Position numbers and translations under genes: made by a program | The notes under the pieces: generated by a model | What the model was told of the DNA's origin: nothing | The model's database searches: none | The model's input: the letters and a program-made list of their open reading frames with translations, nothing else | NCBI GenBank assembly: GCA_011915565.1 | Contig: GCA_011915565.1_3920.1 | Direction: 5' to 3' (one strand) | Source: a phage | DNA: 64,000 bases | Part shown: positions 34,035 through 42,535 of the stretch, one piece after another | Numbering within the stretch: position 1 is the stretch's first letter | Layout of the letters: every line of letters begins with the position of its first letter

Positions 34035-36179
34035 ATGAACAAAGTACAGATTATTAAAAAGAATGGCTCACTTGAAGAACCCGATATCAAAAAAGTTTTA
34101 GCGGCAGTAACAAAGTCAGCTAACAGGGTTGGATATAAAGAACTGCCACCAGATGTTACCCAAGCTCTTGAGTCAGCATTCATGAGGATTTTGGTAAAGT
34201 CCACTAAGCAGAATAATTTGCTTATCTCGGTAAATGATATTCACAGTATTGTTGAAGGTGCTTTGGCAGAGGTCAATCACGAGATTTATGAGTCTTACTC
34301 AACATACAGAAATTACCGTAAAGAGGTTGCTCAAAATTGGGACGAACTCTACCAGAAGACTAAAGATACACTCTTCTTAGGTGACCGTGAAAATGCTAAC
34401 TTTGACAGCAGTTTAATTTCTACGAAAGGTTCAATTATCCGTGGTTACCTGACTAAAGAAATCTTTAAACAGTATCATCTAACACCAGAGGAACTTGAAG
34501 CCATTGAGAAAGGCTTTATCTATATCCACGATTTGAGAGACCTGATTTTTGGTGGTATTAACTGTTGCCTGTTTGACATTGGTAAAGTACTAAAAGGTGG
34601 CTTTGAAATGTCCGGCATTGAGTACTGTGAACCTAAATCTGTACTGTCAGCGTTGCAGGTTATTGGTGACGTAGTACTTTCAGCAACTGCACAGCAATTT
34701 GGTGGTTTTACTTTAGCAGAGATTGATAAGGTACTTGTACCGTATGCTAAGAAGTCTCTACGCTATCATGCTGAGAAAGCATCATCTTATGGTATTCCTA
34801 AAGAGCATTACCACAATTATGTAATGGAGCAGTTACAAATTGAACTGACTCAAGGTTTTCAGTCACTTGAGATGAAACTAAATACCGTACCTTGTAGCCG
34901 TGGTGATTTTGCATTCACAACTTTAACATTTGGTTTACTTGACTCAGATATGTCTAATGAGGATAATCGACTACAATACATGATTGCAAGTACTCTCCTA
35001 GATGTTCGTATGAATGGACAAGGCAAGAGTAAAAAACCTGTTGTATTCCCTAAACTGGTTTATATTTATGACCAGAAGAGACATGATGAGAATATCTGTC
35101 AAGGTCACCTGTACAGTAAAGCTATTGAGTGTTGCTCTAAAGCAATGTACCCAGATTTCTTAAGTGTGTCTGGTCATGGTGCTGTAGCAGAGGCTTTTGA
35201 GCGTTCTGGTAAGGTAATTTCACCGATGGGTTGCAGAGCCTTCTTATCTCCATATTTTAATGAGGATGGGGAAGAGTTTTACGTTGGTCGTGCTAACATT
35301 GGTGCTGTATCTTTGAACTTGCCAATGATTTACCAGTACTCTAAAGAGAATGGTTTAGATTTCTGGAAAGAGCTTGATAAGTACCTAGAGATGATTCGCA
35401 ACTTCCACAAGAAACGCTACGAAATGATTGCTAATATGCCAGCAAGTTCTAACCCTCTTGCGTTCACACAAGGTGGTCTGTACAAAGGAACTAAGAAACC
35501 TACTGACAAGGTTGGTTGGGATATTGTGAAGTCCTTCACAGCTTCTTTTGGTGTTACTGCGCTTGATGAGTTGTCTGTTCTTGCTGAAGGTAAACGACTT
35601 CATGAAGTTGGAAGCTATAGTTTTGCATATGATGTTCTGGCATACATTAACATGAAAACCGAAGAGTTTAAAAATGAAGATGGCTTCTTATATGCCGTCT
35701 ATGGTACTCCAGCAGAATCACTATGTGGGACTCAGCTAAAACAGTTCAGAGATATGTTTGGGGTTATCAAAGGTGTTTCCGATAAGGAATACTTTACAAA
35801 TAGTTTCCATATGAATGTTGCAGCAGACATCTCACCATTTGAGAAGCAGGACTTAGAAGAGCCATTCTTCCATATCTGTAGAGGCGGTAGAATCCAGTAT
35901 GTAAGAGTAGCTAACCCAGAAAACTTAACAGCACTTAAAAGTTGTATTACAAGAGGTATGTTGAAAGGTTTCTATCAGGGACTTAACTTTGACTTAGCAA
36001 TCTGTGAACATTGTGGTAACAGGCCAAAGGCTGATGTTGAAGAATGTGAAGTTTGTCACTCACATGATATCTCTGTGATTAACAGGGTGTGTGGGTATCT
36101 TGGATGGACTAAGATTAAAGGTGAATCCCGAATGAACGATGCAAAAATCGCTGAGATTCGTGACAGAGTTTCTATGTAA
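34035..36179 (+). CDS. nrdD: anaerobic ribonucleoside-triphosphate reductase
   Basis: 714 aa; C-terminal Zn site CEHCGN...CEVCHSHD and glycyl-radical motif RVCGYLG. Confidence 0.9.
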   Translation: MNKVQIIKKNGSLEEPDIKKVLAAVTKSANRVGYKELPPDVTQALESAFMRILVKSTKQNNLLISVNDIHSIVEGALAEVNHEIYESYSTYRNYRKEVAQNWDELYQKTKDTLFLGDRENANFDSSLISTKGSIIRGYLTKEIFKQYHLTPEELEAIEKGFIYIHDLRDLIFGGINCCLFDIGKVLKGGFEMSGIEYCEPKSVLSALQVIGDVVLSATAQQFGGFTLAEIDKVLVPYAKKSLRYHAEKASSYGIPKEHYHNYVMEQLQIELTQGFQSLEMKLNTVPCSRGDFAFTTLTFGLLDSDMSNEDNRLQYMIASTLLDVRMNGQGKSKKPVVFPKLVYIYDQKRHDENICQGHLYSKAIECCSKAMYPDFLSVSGHGAVAEAFERSGKVISPMGCRAFLSPYFNEDGEEFYVGRANIGAVSLNLPMIYQYSKENGLDFWKELDKYLEMIRNFHKKRYEMIANMPASSNPLAFTQGGLYKGTKKPTDKVGWDIVKSFTASFGVTALDELSVLAEGKRLHEVGSYSFAYDVLAYINMKTEEFKNEDGFLYAVYGTPAESLCGTQLKQFRDMFGVIKGVSDKEYFTNSFHMNVAADISPFEKQDLEEPFFHICRGGRIQYVRVANPENLTALKSCITRGMLKGFYQGLNFDLAICEHCGNRPKADVEECEVCHSHDISVINRVCGYLGWTKIKGESRMNDAKIAEIRDRVSM

Positions 36180-36241
36180 AACTTGACATGGTGGTGTGAG
36201 TCTTGATAGGCTTACATCACCTTTTTTATTGGATGTTAGAT

Positions 36242-36358
36242 ATGGCAGAGAGTATTATTGGGTTGTTCATAGGTTCTGTCTTACTAGGGTTCTTTTTAGT
36301 ACTCTCTTATTGTGAATTAAGAGGCAAGTTAAAATGTTTAAAATATCAAAAGCGTTGA
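36242..36358 (+). CDS. small hydrophobic peptide (not in the ORF track)
   Basis: 38 aa MAESIIGLFIGSVLLGFFLVLSYCELRGKLKCLKYQKR, single TM-like helix. Confidence 0.25.
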   Translation: MAESIIGLFIGSVLLGFFLVLSYCELRGKLKCLKYQKR

Positions 36359-36534
36359 TATACATTCTCCACATTCTAATCTTCTTCTTTGGGGTTAGTG
36401 TTATGGTATGGGGTTTTTCAGACCCACAATGGAGTTTCGCATATCAGGGTCAGATGGATTTATGGTCATGCTTCAAACCATTTTTAGGGTTAGTCATAGC
36501 ATTCAGTGCATTGCCAACTAAGGTGAAATTATGA
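36334..36534 (+). CDS. small membrane protein
   Basis: 66 aa, two hydrophobic helices. Confidence 0.4.
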   Translation: MFKISKALIYILHILIFFFGVSVMVWGFSDPQWSFAYQGQMDLWSCFKPFLGLVIAFSALPTKVKL

Positions 36535-36926
36535 TTAAGTTGAACAAAAAACAGTTAGAGTGGATTAAAGATTATGCCTCAGAGTGTGGCTCTTGCGAAA
36601 AGAATCACGTAAGATATTCAACATTCCATACGACCTTCACATTGTACATCAGCGACAACGTTCTAAGTGATTCCGTAGAAGATGGCGTAGCGTTACCTAA
36701 TGAATTGCTTGACAAATTAGCTGTAGTCTCTGGAACTTGGTCTGAAGAAGACGGTCATGAATTATCTAATGATGTTGTCTTCTACACTCTTGAAAACATT
36801 ATGAATCCAGAGTACATTATACTAATGACTTGTGCACAAGATTGTGTGCCATTACAAAACTTCATTAAAGAACACTGCGAAGAATTTATTACTAAACAGG
36901 TTCCTTGTCAGGTGGTGTTTGAATGA
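36531..36926 (+). CDS. hypothetical protein
   Basis: 131 aa, cysteine-containing acidic ORF. Confidence 0.4.
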   Translation: MIKLNKKQLEWIKDYASECGSCEKNHVRYSTFHTTFTLYISDNVLSDSVEDGVALPNELLDKLAVVSGTWSEEDGHELSNDVVFYTLENIMNPEYIILMTCAQDCVPLQNFIKEHCEEFITKQVPCQVVFE

Positions 36927-37222
36927 GTAAAACAATTCGAAGAAAAGGTTTAAAGAACGTTCATGGACTCTATGAGTGGAGAAATGAGGTACGTAACAGA
37001 GAAAATGCTTCAGATGTCTACTCCCATTCTGATATGATGTCCAGAAAAGGTGGCTCTTACGACTTCACAAGCCAGCCTTGTAGAGAGATTAAGAAGGCCA
37101 CTAAACGTCTTACAAGAACACAAATAAGGCAGCTTTCTAAGACATCCTTCTTAGATGAAGATTTTGATATTGATAGCAAGTCTCCAAAGAAAGCCGCTAA
37201 GAACACTTATATGTATTGGTGA
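36923..37222 (+). CDS. hypothetical basic protein
   Basis: 99 aa ORF. Confidence 0.4.
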   Translation: MSKTIRRKGLKNVHGLYEWRNEVRNRENASDVYSHSDMMSRKGGSYDFTSQPCREIKKATKRLTRTQIRQLSKTSFLDEDFDIDSKSPKKAAKNTYMYW

Positions 37223-37231
37223 GGTAACTAG

Positions 37232-37717
37232 ATGAATTACATGGAGATTCGACCATTTGACACAGCTAATGGTGAAGGGGTTCGTGTAAGCCTCTTCGTA
37301 GCTGGTTGTAAGCATCACTGTGAAGGTTGCTTTAATAAGGAATCTTGGAAGTTTAATGCTGGTAAAGAGTTTACTTATGCAAACCTCTACGGTATCATTA
37401 AGTTAATGGATGATGAGGCCATCAGTGGGTTGTCAATACTCGGTGGAGAGCCTCTGGATGATAGAAATATTCAAGAGGTTACCAACATATGCAAGCGTAT
37501 TAAAACTGTTTATCCAGAAAAGTCTATATGGCTTTGGACAGGTTTTCAACTGCACGAAAAAATCCACTTAGATGTGATGAAATATGTTGACGTGGTGATT
37601 GATGGTAAGTATGATTCATCTAAACCAACAGTTAAACCATATCGTGGTTCAGACAACCAAAACCTCTGGAGAAAAGAGTACGGATGGCAAGGTGATTGTC
37701 AGTGGAGAGCAGAGTGA
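37232..37717 (+). CDS. nrdG: anaerobic RNR activating enzyme (radical SAM)
   Basis: CKHHCEGCFN radical-SAM CxxxCxxC cluster motif; GGEPL SAM-binding motif. Confidence 0.85.
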   Translation: MNYMEIRPFDTANGEGVRVSLFVAGCKHHCEGCFNKESWKFNAGKEFTYANLYGIIKLMDDEAISGLSILGGEPLDDRNIQEVTNICKRIKTVYPEKSIWLWTGFQLHEKIHLDVMKYVDVVIDGKYDSSKPTVKPYRGSDNQNLWRKEYGWQGDCQWRAE

Positions 37718-37797
37718 TTATTCTGGCAAATGGACTAAGGTATAACTCCAATTGGTATCACTGAAGAAGAACTCCATAAGTTCTGTATTAAACTTTA

Positions 37798-38079
37798 ATG
37801 AGAGAGACTAAAATGGGAATTTTAGGTAATATGAAGGCTGGCTTCTTGAAGGCACTGGCAAAAGCAGCAGCAATCATTTCTATGACTGGAAAGCAGGTTG
37901 GTGTAGATGCTTCAGCAGTTGCACAAGTTCTTACAAGCCAAATTGAACAGCAACCTTACATCTACGTAGGCCGTGGCAAAGGTGGTAAAAAACAAGCACA
38001 TCGACCAACTGGTGCAGCAGCAATTAAACGTGCAGCTAAAAAAGCTCGTAACCGTAAACGTAATAAGAAGGCTAAATAA
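37798..38079 (+). CDS. small basic protein
   Basis: Lys/Arg/Ala-rich C-terminus. Confidence 0.4.
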   Translation: MRETKMGILGNMKAGFLKALAKAAAIISMTGKQVGVDASAVAQVLTSQIEQQPYIYVGRGKGGKKQAHRPTGAAAIKRAAKKARNRKRNKKAK

Positions 38080-38081
38080 TC

Positions 38082-38402
38082 ATGAGCAAAGTTTATAACA
38101 CTCGCAAATTACAGATTTTCGTACTGTGCCAGTTTATGGCTAAAGAATACAACTTCTACTATTGCGGCACAGGTTTTATTAGTGATGATGATGGCTCATA
38201 CCTTCCATTCAAAGAAGCTGTGAAGCTCTTTAATGAAGAGGAAAGCTCTAAGAAAGATATTGAAAAGGTGAAACTGACCTACAGCAAGAAAGATAAGAAG
38301 ATTATCTGCCTAGATAACTTTGTAAAAGTTACTGGAAAAGCAAAAGAGCTTATGGATGAGAGTGAGATTCCATTCACAAGCCTCTTGAAAGTAGCTCAGT
38401 AA
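38082..38402 (+). CDS. hypothetical protein
   Basis: 106 aa ORF. Confidence 0.4.
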   Translation: MSKVYNTRKLQIFVLCQFMAKEYNFYYCGTGFISDDDGSYLPFKEAVKLFNEEESSKKDIEKVKLTYSKKDKKIICLDNFVKVTGKAKELMDESEIPFTSLLKVAQ

Positions 38403-38413
38403 ACAGATACTAT

Positions 38414-38445
38414 AAGGGGACTGTAAAGGTTCCCTTTTTATTTTG
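38414..38445 (+). terminator. intrinsic terminator
   Basis: aagggga-loop-tccc then tttttatttt. Confidence 0.5.
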
Positions 38446-38453
38446 GAGGTAAA

Positions 38454-38969
38454 ATGTATCTGTCAAACCTGAAACGTTCGGTTGCAATGTCAGTTCTAAG
38501 ACTCAGCTTTGATGAGCGTCAAGAGTTTATAGACTCCCACAAATATGACCCTTCAAATTCTAATCACATGGTTCTTTGGAATCGTGATAACTTCCGTGAA
38601 AGAGCACTTGTCCGTTATTACCCACACTACACAATAGATAACCTGTATGAATGGTGTGTTGTGAAGAACACCATTGCAACACTGAACAATCTTTGCAGGT
38701 ATACGGGTAAGCAAACATTTACATTAGGTCATCACAAACCTGTTACAAAAGGTGGTGAACATCACTGTGCAAACTGGTTTATCCAAACTAAAGCTGATAA
38801 CCAGAAGCAAGGAGATAGCCTCCTAAGTATTCCTAAGATGACCTATGAAGAGCAAGAGAGGTATATCAAAAATAATATGCCAGATGTGCTTGACAACAAC
38901 TATACAGATTTGGCAATATCTCTCCTGTTGAAGTTCGAGACAGTTTATAGGGCAACTTATAATGGCTAA
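38454..38969 (+). mobile_element. putative HNH endonuclease
   Basis: LGHHKPVTKGGEHHCANWFIQTKADNQ resembles an HNH core; free-standing between nrdG and the NAD genes. Confidence 0.4.
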
Positions 38970-39240
38970 AGAAAAGTGGGAGATTTTACCATTAGTCAGT
39001 GAAGGAGGTAATGGTTGTGAAATGTACATGATACGTGGTCATGTTCCAGAGCCAATTGCACTTGAGATGGTAAACAACTTTACAGATGGTTCTTACAAAG
39101 ACTTAGGCGAACCAACTGTCAAGCAACAATGGGTTAAACCTGTACCAGACAGCACAGGTAACTGTAGTGTACTTTATCACGTTGTAGACCCTGCAAAATG
39201 CAAATCTGCAATGGCAGTAACAAACGTAACTTTTGATTGA
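38962..39240 (+). CDS. hypothetical protein
   Basis: 92 aa ORF. Confidence 0.4.
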   Translation: MAKEKWEILPLVSEGGNGCEMYMIRGHVPEPIALEMVNNFTDGSYKDLGEPTVKQQWVKPVPDSTGNCSVLYHVVDPAKCKSAMAVTNVTFD

Positions 39241-40133
39241 GAGAGAAAACTATGAAAACATCTATCCGTGTTACAGTTCATTCACCAACTAAAGGGACTC
39301 ATGAAGAAGAGTTTAACATCGTCCAATTCCCTTCTGGTGAGATTGGTGGACACTTTTCGCCAGAGTTTGTTGATTTTACTGCTTATGCAGCATCATCCAT
39401 CAACAATGTGATTATGATTGTAAAAGGTTATGACAAGGACACATTGTTTGCTGTGGCACTTGCTAAAGAAGCAATTGATGATTTAATTCCTCATGATTAT
39501 GCTTTAAAGACTGTCATCTTTTACTACTTACCAAATGCACGATATGACCGTCACATGTTTAAAGGTGACGCAGCAGCTTTAAAGGTTTTTGCTAAACAGA
39601 TTAATGCAATGGGATTTGGCGCAGTCTGTGCAGTTGACCCTCACAGCTATGTACCAGATAACCTGTTTAACTGCTTCCAGAGTATTCCTCAAAAGGAAAT
39701 TGCAGTCCACTATGCAAATGACCCACTGATTGATTACTTAGTAGCCCCAGATGCAGGTGCTGCTAAGAAGATTGCAGAGACTGCTAAAGAGGTGGATAAA
39801 CCATACATCACAATGTCTAAAGTACGCAACCTTAAGACTGGTGAAATTACTGGTATGCGAATCCTTGATGATGTTGATTTGACAGATAAAACCGTCATGA
39901 TTCTGGATGATATCTGTGATGGTGGTCGAACCTTCATAGAAGCAGCTAAACATCTTCGTGAAGCAGGTGCAAAACGTGTGGAACTCTATGTAACACACGG
40001 TATCTTCTCTAAAGATGTTGAAAACCTTCTTGACAATGGCATTGACCACATCTACACTACAAACTCTTTAGGGGAAGCTAAAGACCGTGGCTTAACACAT
40101 TATGGTCAAGTTACTGTAGCAAACCTTGATTGA
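39237..40133 (+). CDS. prs: ribose-phosphate pyrophosphokinase-like enzyme (Prs family; candidate ADP-ribose pyrophosphokinase)
   Basis: PRPP-binding loop VMILDDICDGGRTF; phosphoribosyltransferase-type fold. Confidence 0.8.
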   Translation: MREKTMKTSIRVTVHSPTKGTHEEEFNIVQFPSGEIGGHFSPEFVDFTAYAASSINNVIMIVKGYDKDTLFAVALAKEAIDDLIPHDYALKTVIFYYLPNARYDRHMFKGDAAALKVFAKQINAMGFGAVCAVDPHSYVPDNLFNCFQSIPQKEIAVHYANDPLIDYLVAPDAGAAKKIAETAKEVDKPYITMSKVRNLKTGEITGMRILDDVDLTDKTVMILDDICDGGRTFIEAAKHLREAGAKRVELYVTHGIFSKDVENLLDNGIDHIYTTNSLGEAKDRGLTHYGQVTVANLD

Positions 40134-40142
40134 AACTTTATA

Positions 40143-40166
40143 GGGGCTTAAAAGCCCCATTTTGAG
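40143..40166 (+). promoter_or_regulatory. intergenic stem-loop between the prs-like and nadV-like genes
   Basis: ggggcttaaaagcccc perfect hairpin followed by atttt. Confidence 0.5.
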
Positions 40167-40178
40167 AGAGATTAAAAG

Positions 40179-41960
40179 ATGACTAAATCACTTTATGCAG
40201 TACCAGCAGGTTTAAACGCAGATGCTTACAAATCTGGTCATGTTTACCAGTACCCTAGTGCAACAGAGTACTTGATGTTCAACCTGACACCACGTAGTGA
40301 CAAATGGTTTAACAGCCCCTTAGCAATTGATGGTGTAGTAGCTTTTGGTATTCAACGTTTCGTTAAAGATTACTTGATAGACCACTGGAACGCCACTTTC
40401 TTTGAACGTGATAAAAAAGAAGCCATTGATGAAATCTTAGAAGTTATGAATGGTGTTCTGGGTAAAGATGCTATCGGTCGAGAGCATTGGGAAGCACTTC
40501 ACGACTTAGGTTATCTACCAGTTGAAGTATACGCTGTAGAAGAAGGTACAGTTGTTCCTATGCGTGTACCAATGATTGTCTTCCAGAACACTGTTTCAGG
40601 TTTCCATTGGGTAGCGGGATATCTGGAAGATGCTTTCTCTGCTGAGATTTGGAAGGCTTGTACCATTGCAACTATTGCATTGCATTATAAACGCATCTGT
40701 AAGAAGTGGGCTGACCTTACTTGCGACAATGACTTACATTTACCTTATCAGTGCCATGACTTTGCTATGCGTGGTATGTCCGGCTTTACTGATGACGCAT
40801 TTAACGCTGTAGGCCACTTAACCAGCTTTAAAGGGACTGATAGCTTCCCTGCTGTATATACAGCTAAACGCATCTACGGACAGTCTTACCCAGTCTCTGA
40901 TATTGGTGGTTCTGTACCAGCCACTGAACACTCTGTAATGTGTGCAAACATTGCTTGGGAAGGTGGTAATGAGTTGGTTGAAGAAGAAAGACGCTTTAAA
41001 GGTGAGTTGCAAACCTTCCGTCGCTTCTTAACAGAAACTTATCCAACTGGTATTGCAAGTGTTGTTTCAGACACTTATAACTTCTGGAGAACTGTGTCAG
41101 AAATCTTACCAGCACTCCGTAAAGAAATTATGGAACGTGATGGCAAACTGGTAATTCGTCCTGACTCTGGAGACCCTGTACACATTGTCACAGGTTATAA
41201 AGCAATCCACTTAGAGTGTGCTAAAAAGGCTTATTATGAGCACCTAAGCAATCTGGAAGCCAGTGACACAATGCTGAATGCTGTTCTGAACATGAAGCTT
41301 GAAAACATCAGCTATGGTATTGCTGGATGGCTACTGTCAGAAGGCTACGAAATGGTTGTTGACAGAGAAGACTTTGAAGTTGCTGATACAGTGATGTTGA
41401 AGAACGCTTATATGGTTGGTTCTGCAAACGTTGTAACACGCCCTGTAGCAGAGATTGATGGAGCTATTAAGACCTTGTATAACATCTTTGGAGGAACTAT
41501 TAACTCTAAAGGTTTTAAGGTACTGGATGAGCACATTGGCCTTATCTATGGCGACTCTATCACGTTGGAACGTGCAAACGAAATCCTGAAGCGTCTGTAT
41601 GAAATGGGGTTTGCAAGCTCTAACGTGGTGTTTGGTGTAGGCTCTTACACTTACCAGTACATGACTCGTGACACCTTTGCATTTGCTGTCAAAGCAACTC
41701 TTGCAAGCATTGGTGGCAAAGAGATTATGCTTGCAAAAGACCCTAAAACAGATAGTGGTGTTAAGAAATCTGCCTTTGGTGGTGTAGCACCTATGTGGGA
41801 TGGTGAGAATTTGAAAGCTGTAGATGGCTATGGATTCCAGAGCTTTGCAGATGCACTTGAACATCCAGCTTGTGCTTTACGTTTAGTCTTTAGCGACTCT
41901 GAGCAGTACGGTTACACAACTCTTGGTGATATTCGAAATAATATTGACAATCAGCTTTAA
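40179..41960 (+). CDS. nadV: nicotinamide phosphoribosyltransferase-like enzyme (NAMPT/NadV family)
   Basis: 593 aa; size, composition and position next to a Prs-like gene fit NAMPT/NadV. Confidence 0.8.
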   Translation: MTKSLYAVPAGLNADAYKSGHVYQYPSATEYLMFNLTPRSDKWFNSPLAIDGVVAFGIQRFVKDYLIDHWNATFFERDKKEAIDEILEVMNGVLGKDAIGREHWEALHDLGYLPVEVYAVEEGTVVPMRVPMIVFQNTVSGFHWVAGYLEDAFSAEIWKACTIATIALHYKRICKKWADLTCDNDLHLPYQCHDFAMRGMSGFTDDAFNAVGHLTSFKGTDSFPAVYTAKRIYGQSYPVSDIGGSVPATEHSVMCANIAWEGGNELVEEERRFKGELQTFRRFLTETYPTGIASVVSDTYNFWRTVSEILPALRKEIMERDGKLVIRPDSGDPVHIVTGYKAIHLECAKKAYYEHLSNLEASDTMLNAVLNMKLENISYGIAGWLLSEGYEMVVDREDFEVADTVMLKNAYMVGSANVVTRPVAEIDGAIKTLYNIFGGTINSKGFKVLDEHIGLIYGDSITLERANEILKRLYEMGFASSNVVFGVGSYTYQYMTRDTFAFAVKATLASIGGKEIMLAKDPKTDSGVKKSAFGGVAPMWDGENLKAVDGYGFQSFADALEHPACALRLVFSDSEQYGYTTLGDIRNNIDNQL

Positions 41961-41972
41961 AAGTATATGATA

Positions 41973-41998
41973 AGAGGCTCCTACGGGAGCCTTTTTAA
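41973..41998 (+). terminator. intrinsic terminator
   Basis: gaggctcc-tacg-ggagcct then ttttt. Confidence 0.65.
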
Positions 41999-42013
41999 TT
42001 TCTGGAGAAGATT

Positions 42014-42349
42014 ATGAAAATCAAAGAGATGAACATCAACATTGTCTTAGAAGAACGTTGGGAGAATATTAAGAAACCTGAAGATGGTAAAAAGTTCCTT
42101 AACAAAATTTTAGTAGCAGCTAAAGAAGAACTGACTGGCAAGATTGCAGCAGCAGTCACAATAAAAGTTTGTGTAAAAGGTCTTCCAGACAACCACCAAT
42201 TTGCGCTTGACGAGTTTAAAAAAAGCTTCTACAATCCAAACAAACAGATGCTTGAAAGTAACTTTGCAGTATCTACAAGTATCGTCCATGACAGAAGCTT
42301 TATCCTTTACAAAAATATGAGAGGTGAGTCATGCAAGCATATTGGATAG
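42014..42349 (+). CDS. hypothetical protein
   Basis: 111 aa ORF after the terminator. Confidence 0.4.
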   Translation: MKIKEMNINIVLEERWENIKKPEDGKKFLNKILVAAKEELTGKIAAAVTIKVCVKGLPDNHQFALDEFKKSFYNPNKQMLESNFAVSTSIVHDRSFILYKNMRGESCKHIG

Positions 42350-42507
42350 AAATTTTACTGTCACTTGGCAGCGTAGCAGTATTTGTTTACCTTCTTTGCA
42401 AGTACTATGCAGAGTACAAGAAGTGTGATTACTGCAATGGGGAAGGGTATACAAGAGCAGGTTGTTGCCCTATGTGTGGTGGTTCTGGTAAAATGTTTAA
42501 TAAGTAA
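42331..42507 (+). CDS. small membrane-anchored zinc-finger protein (not in the ORF track)
   Basis: 58 aa: hydrophobic helix then CDYCNGEGYTRAGCCPMCGGSGK (DnaJ-like CxxCxGxG); overlaps previous ORF end. Confidence 0.4.
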   Translation: MQAYWIEILLSLGSVAVFVYLLCKYYAEYKKCDYCNGEGYTRAGCCPMCGGSGKMFNK

Positions 42508-42535
42508 TTTAACAGTAAACTAAGAGGAAAGTATT

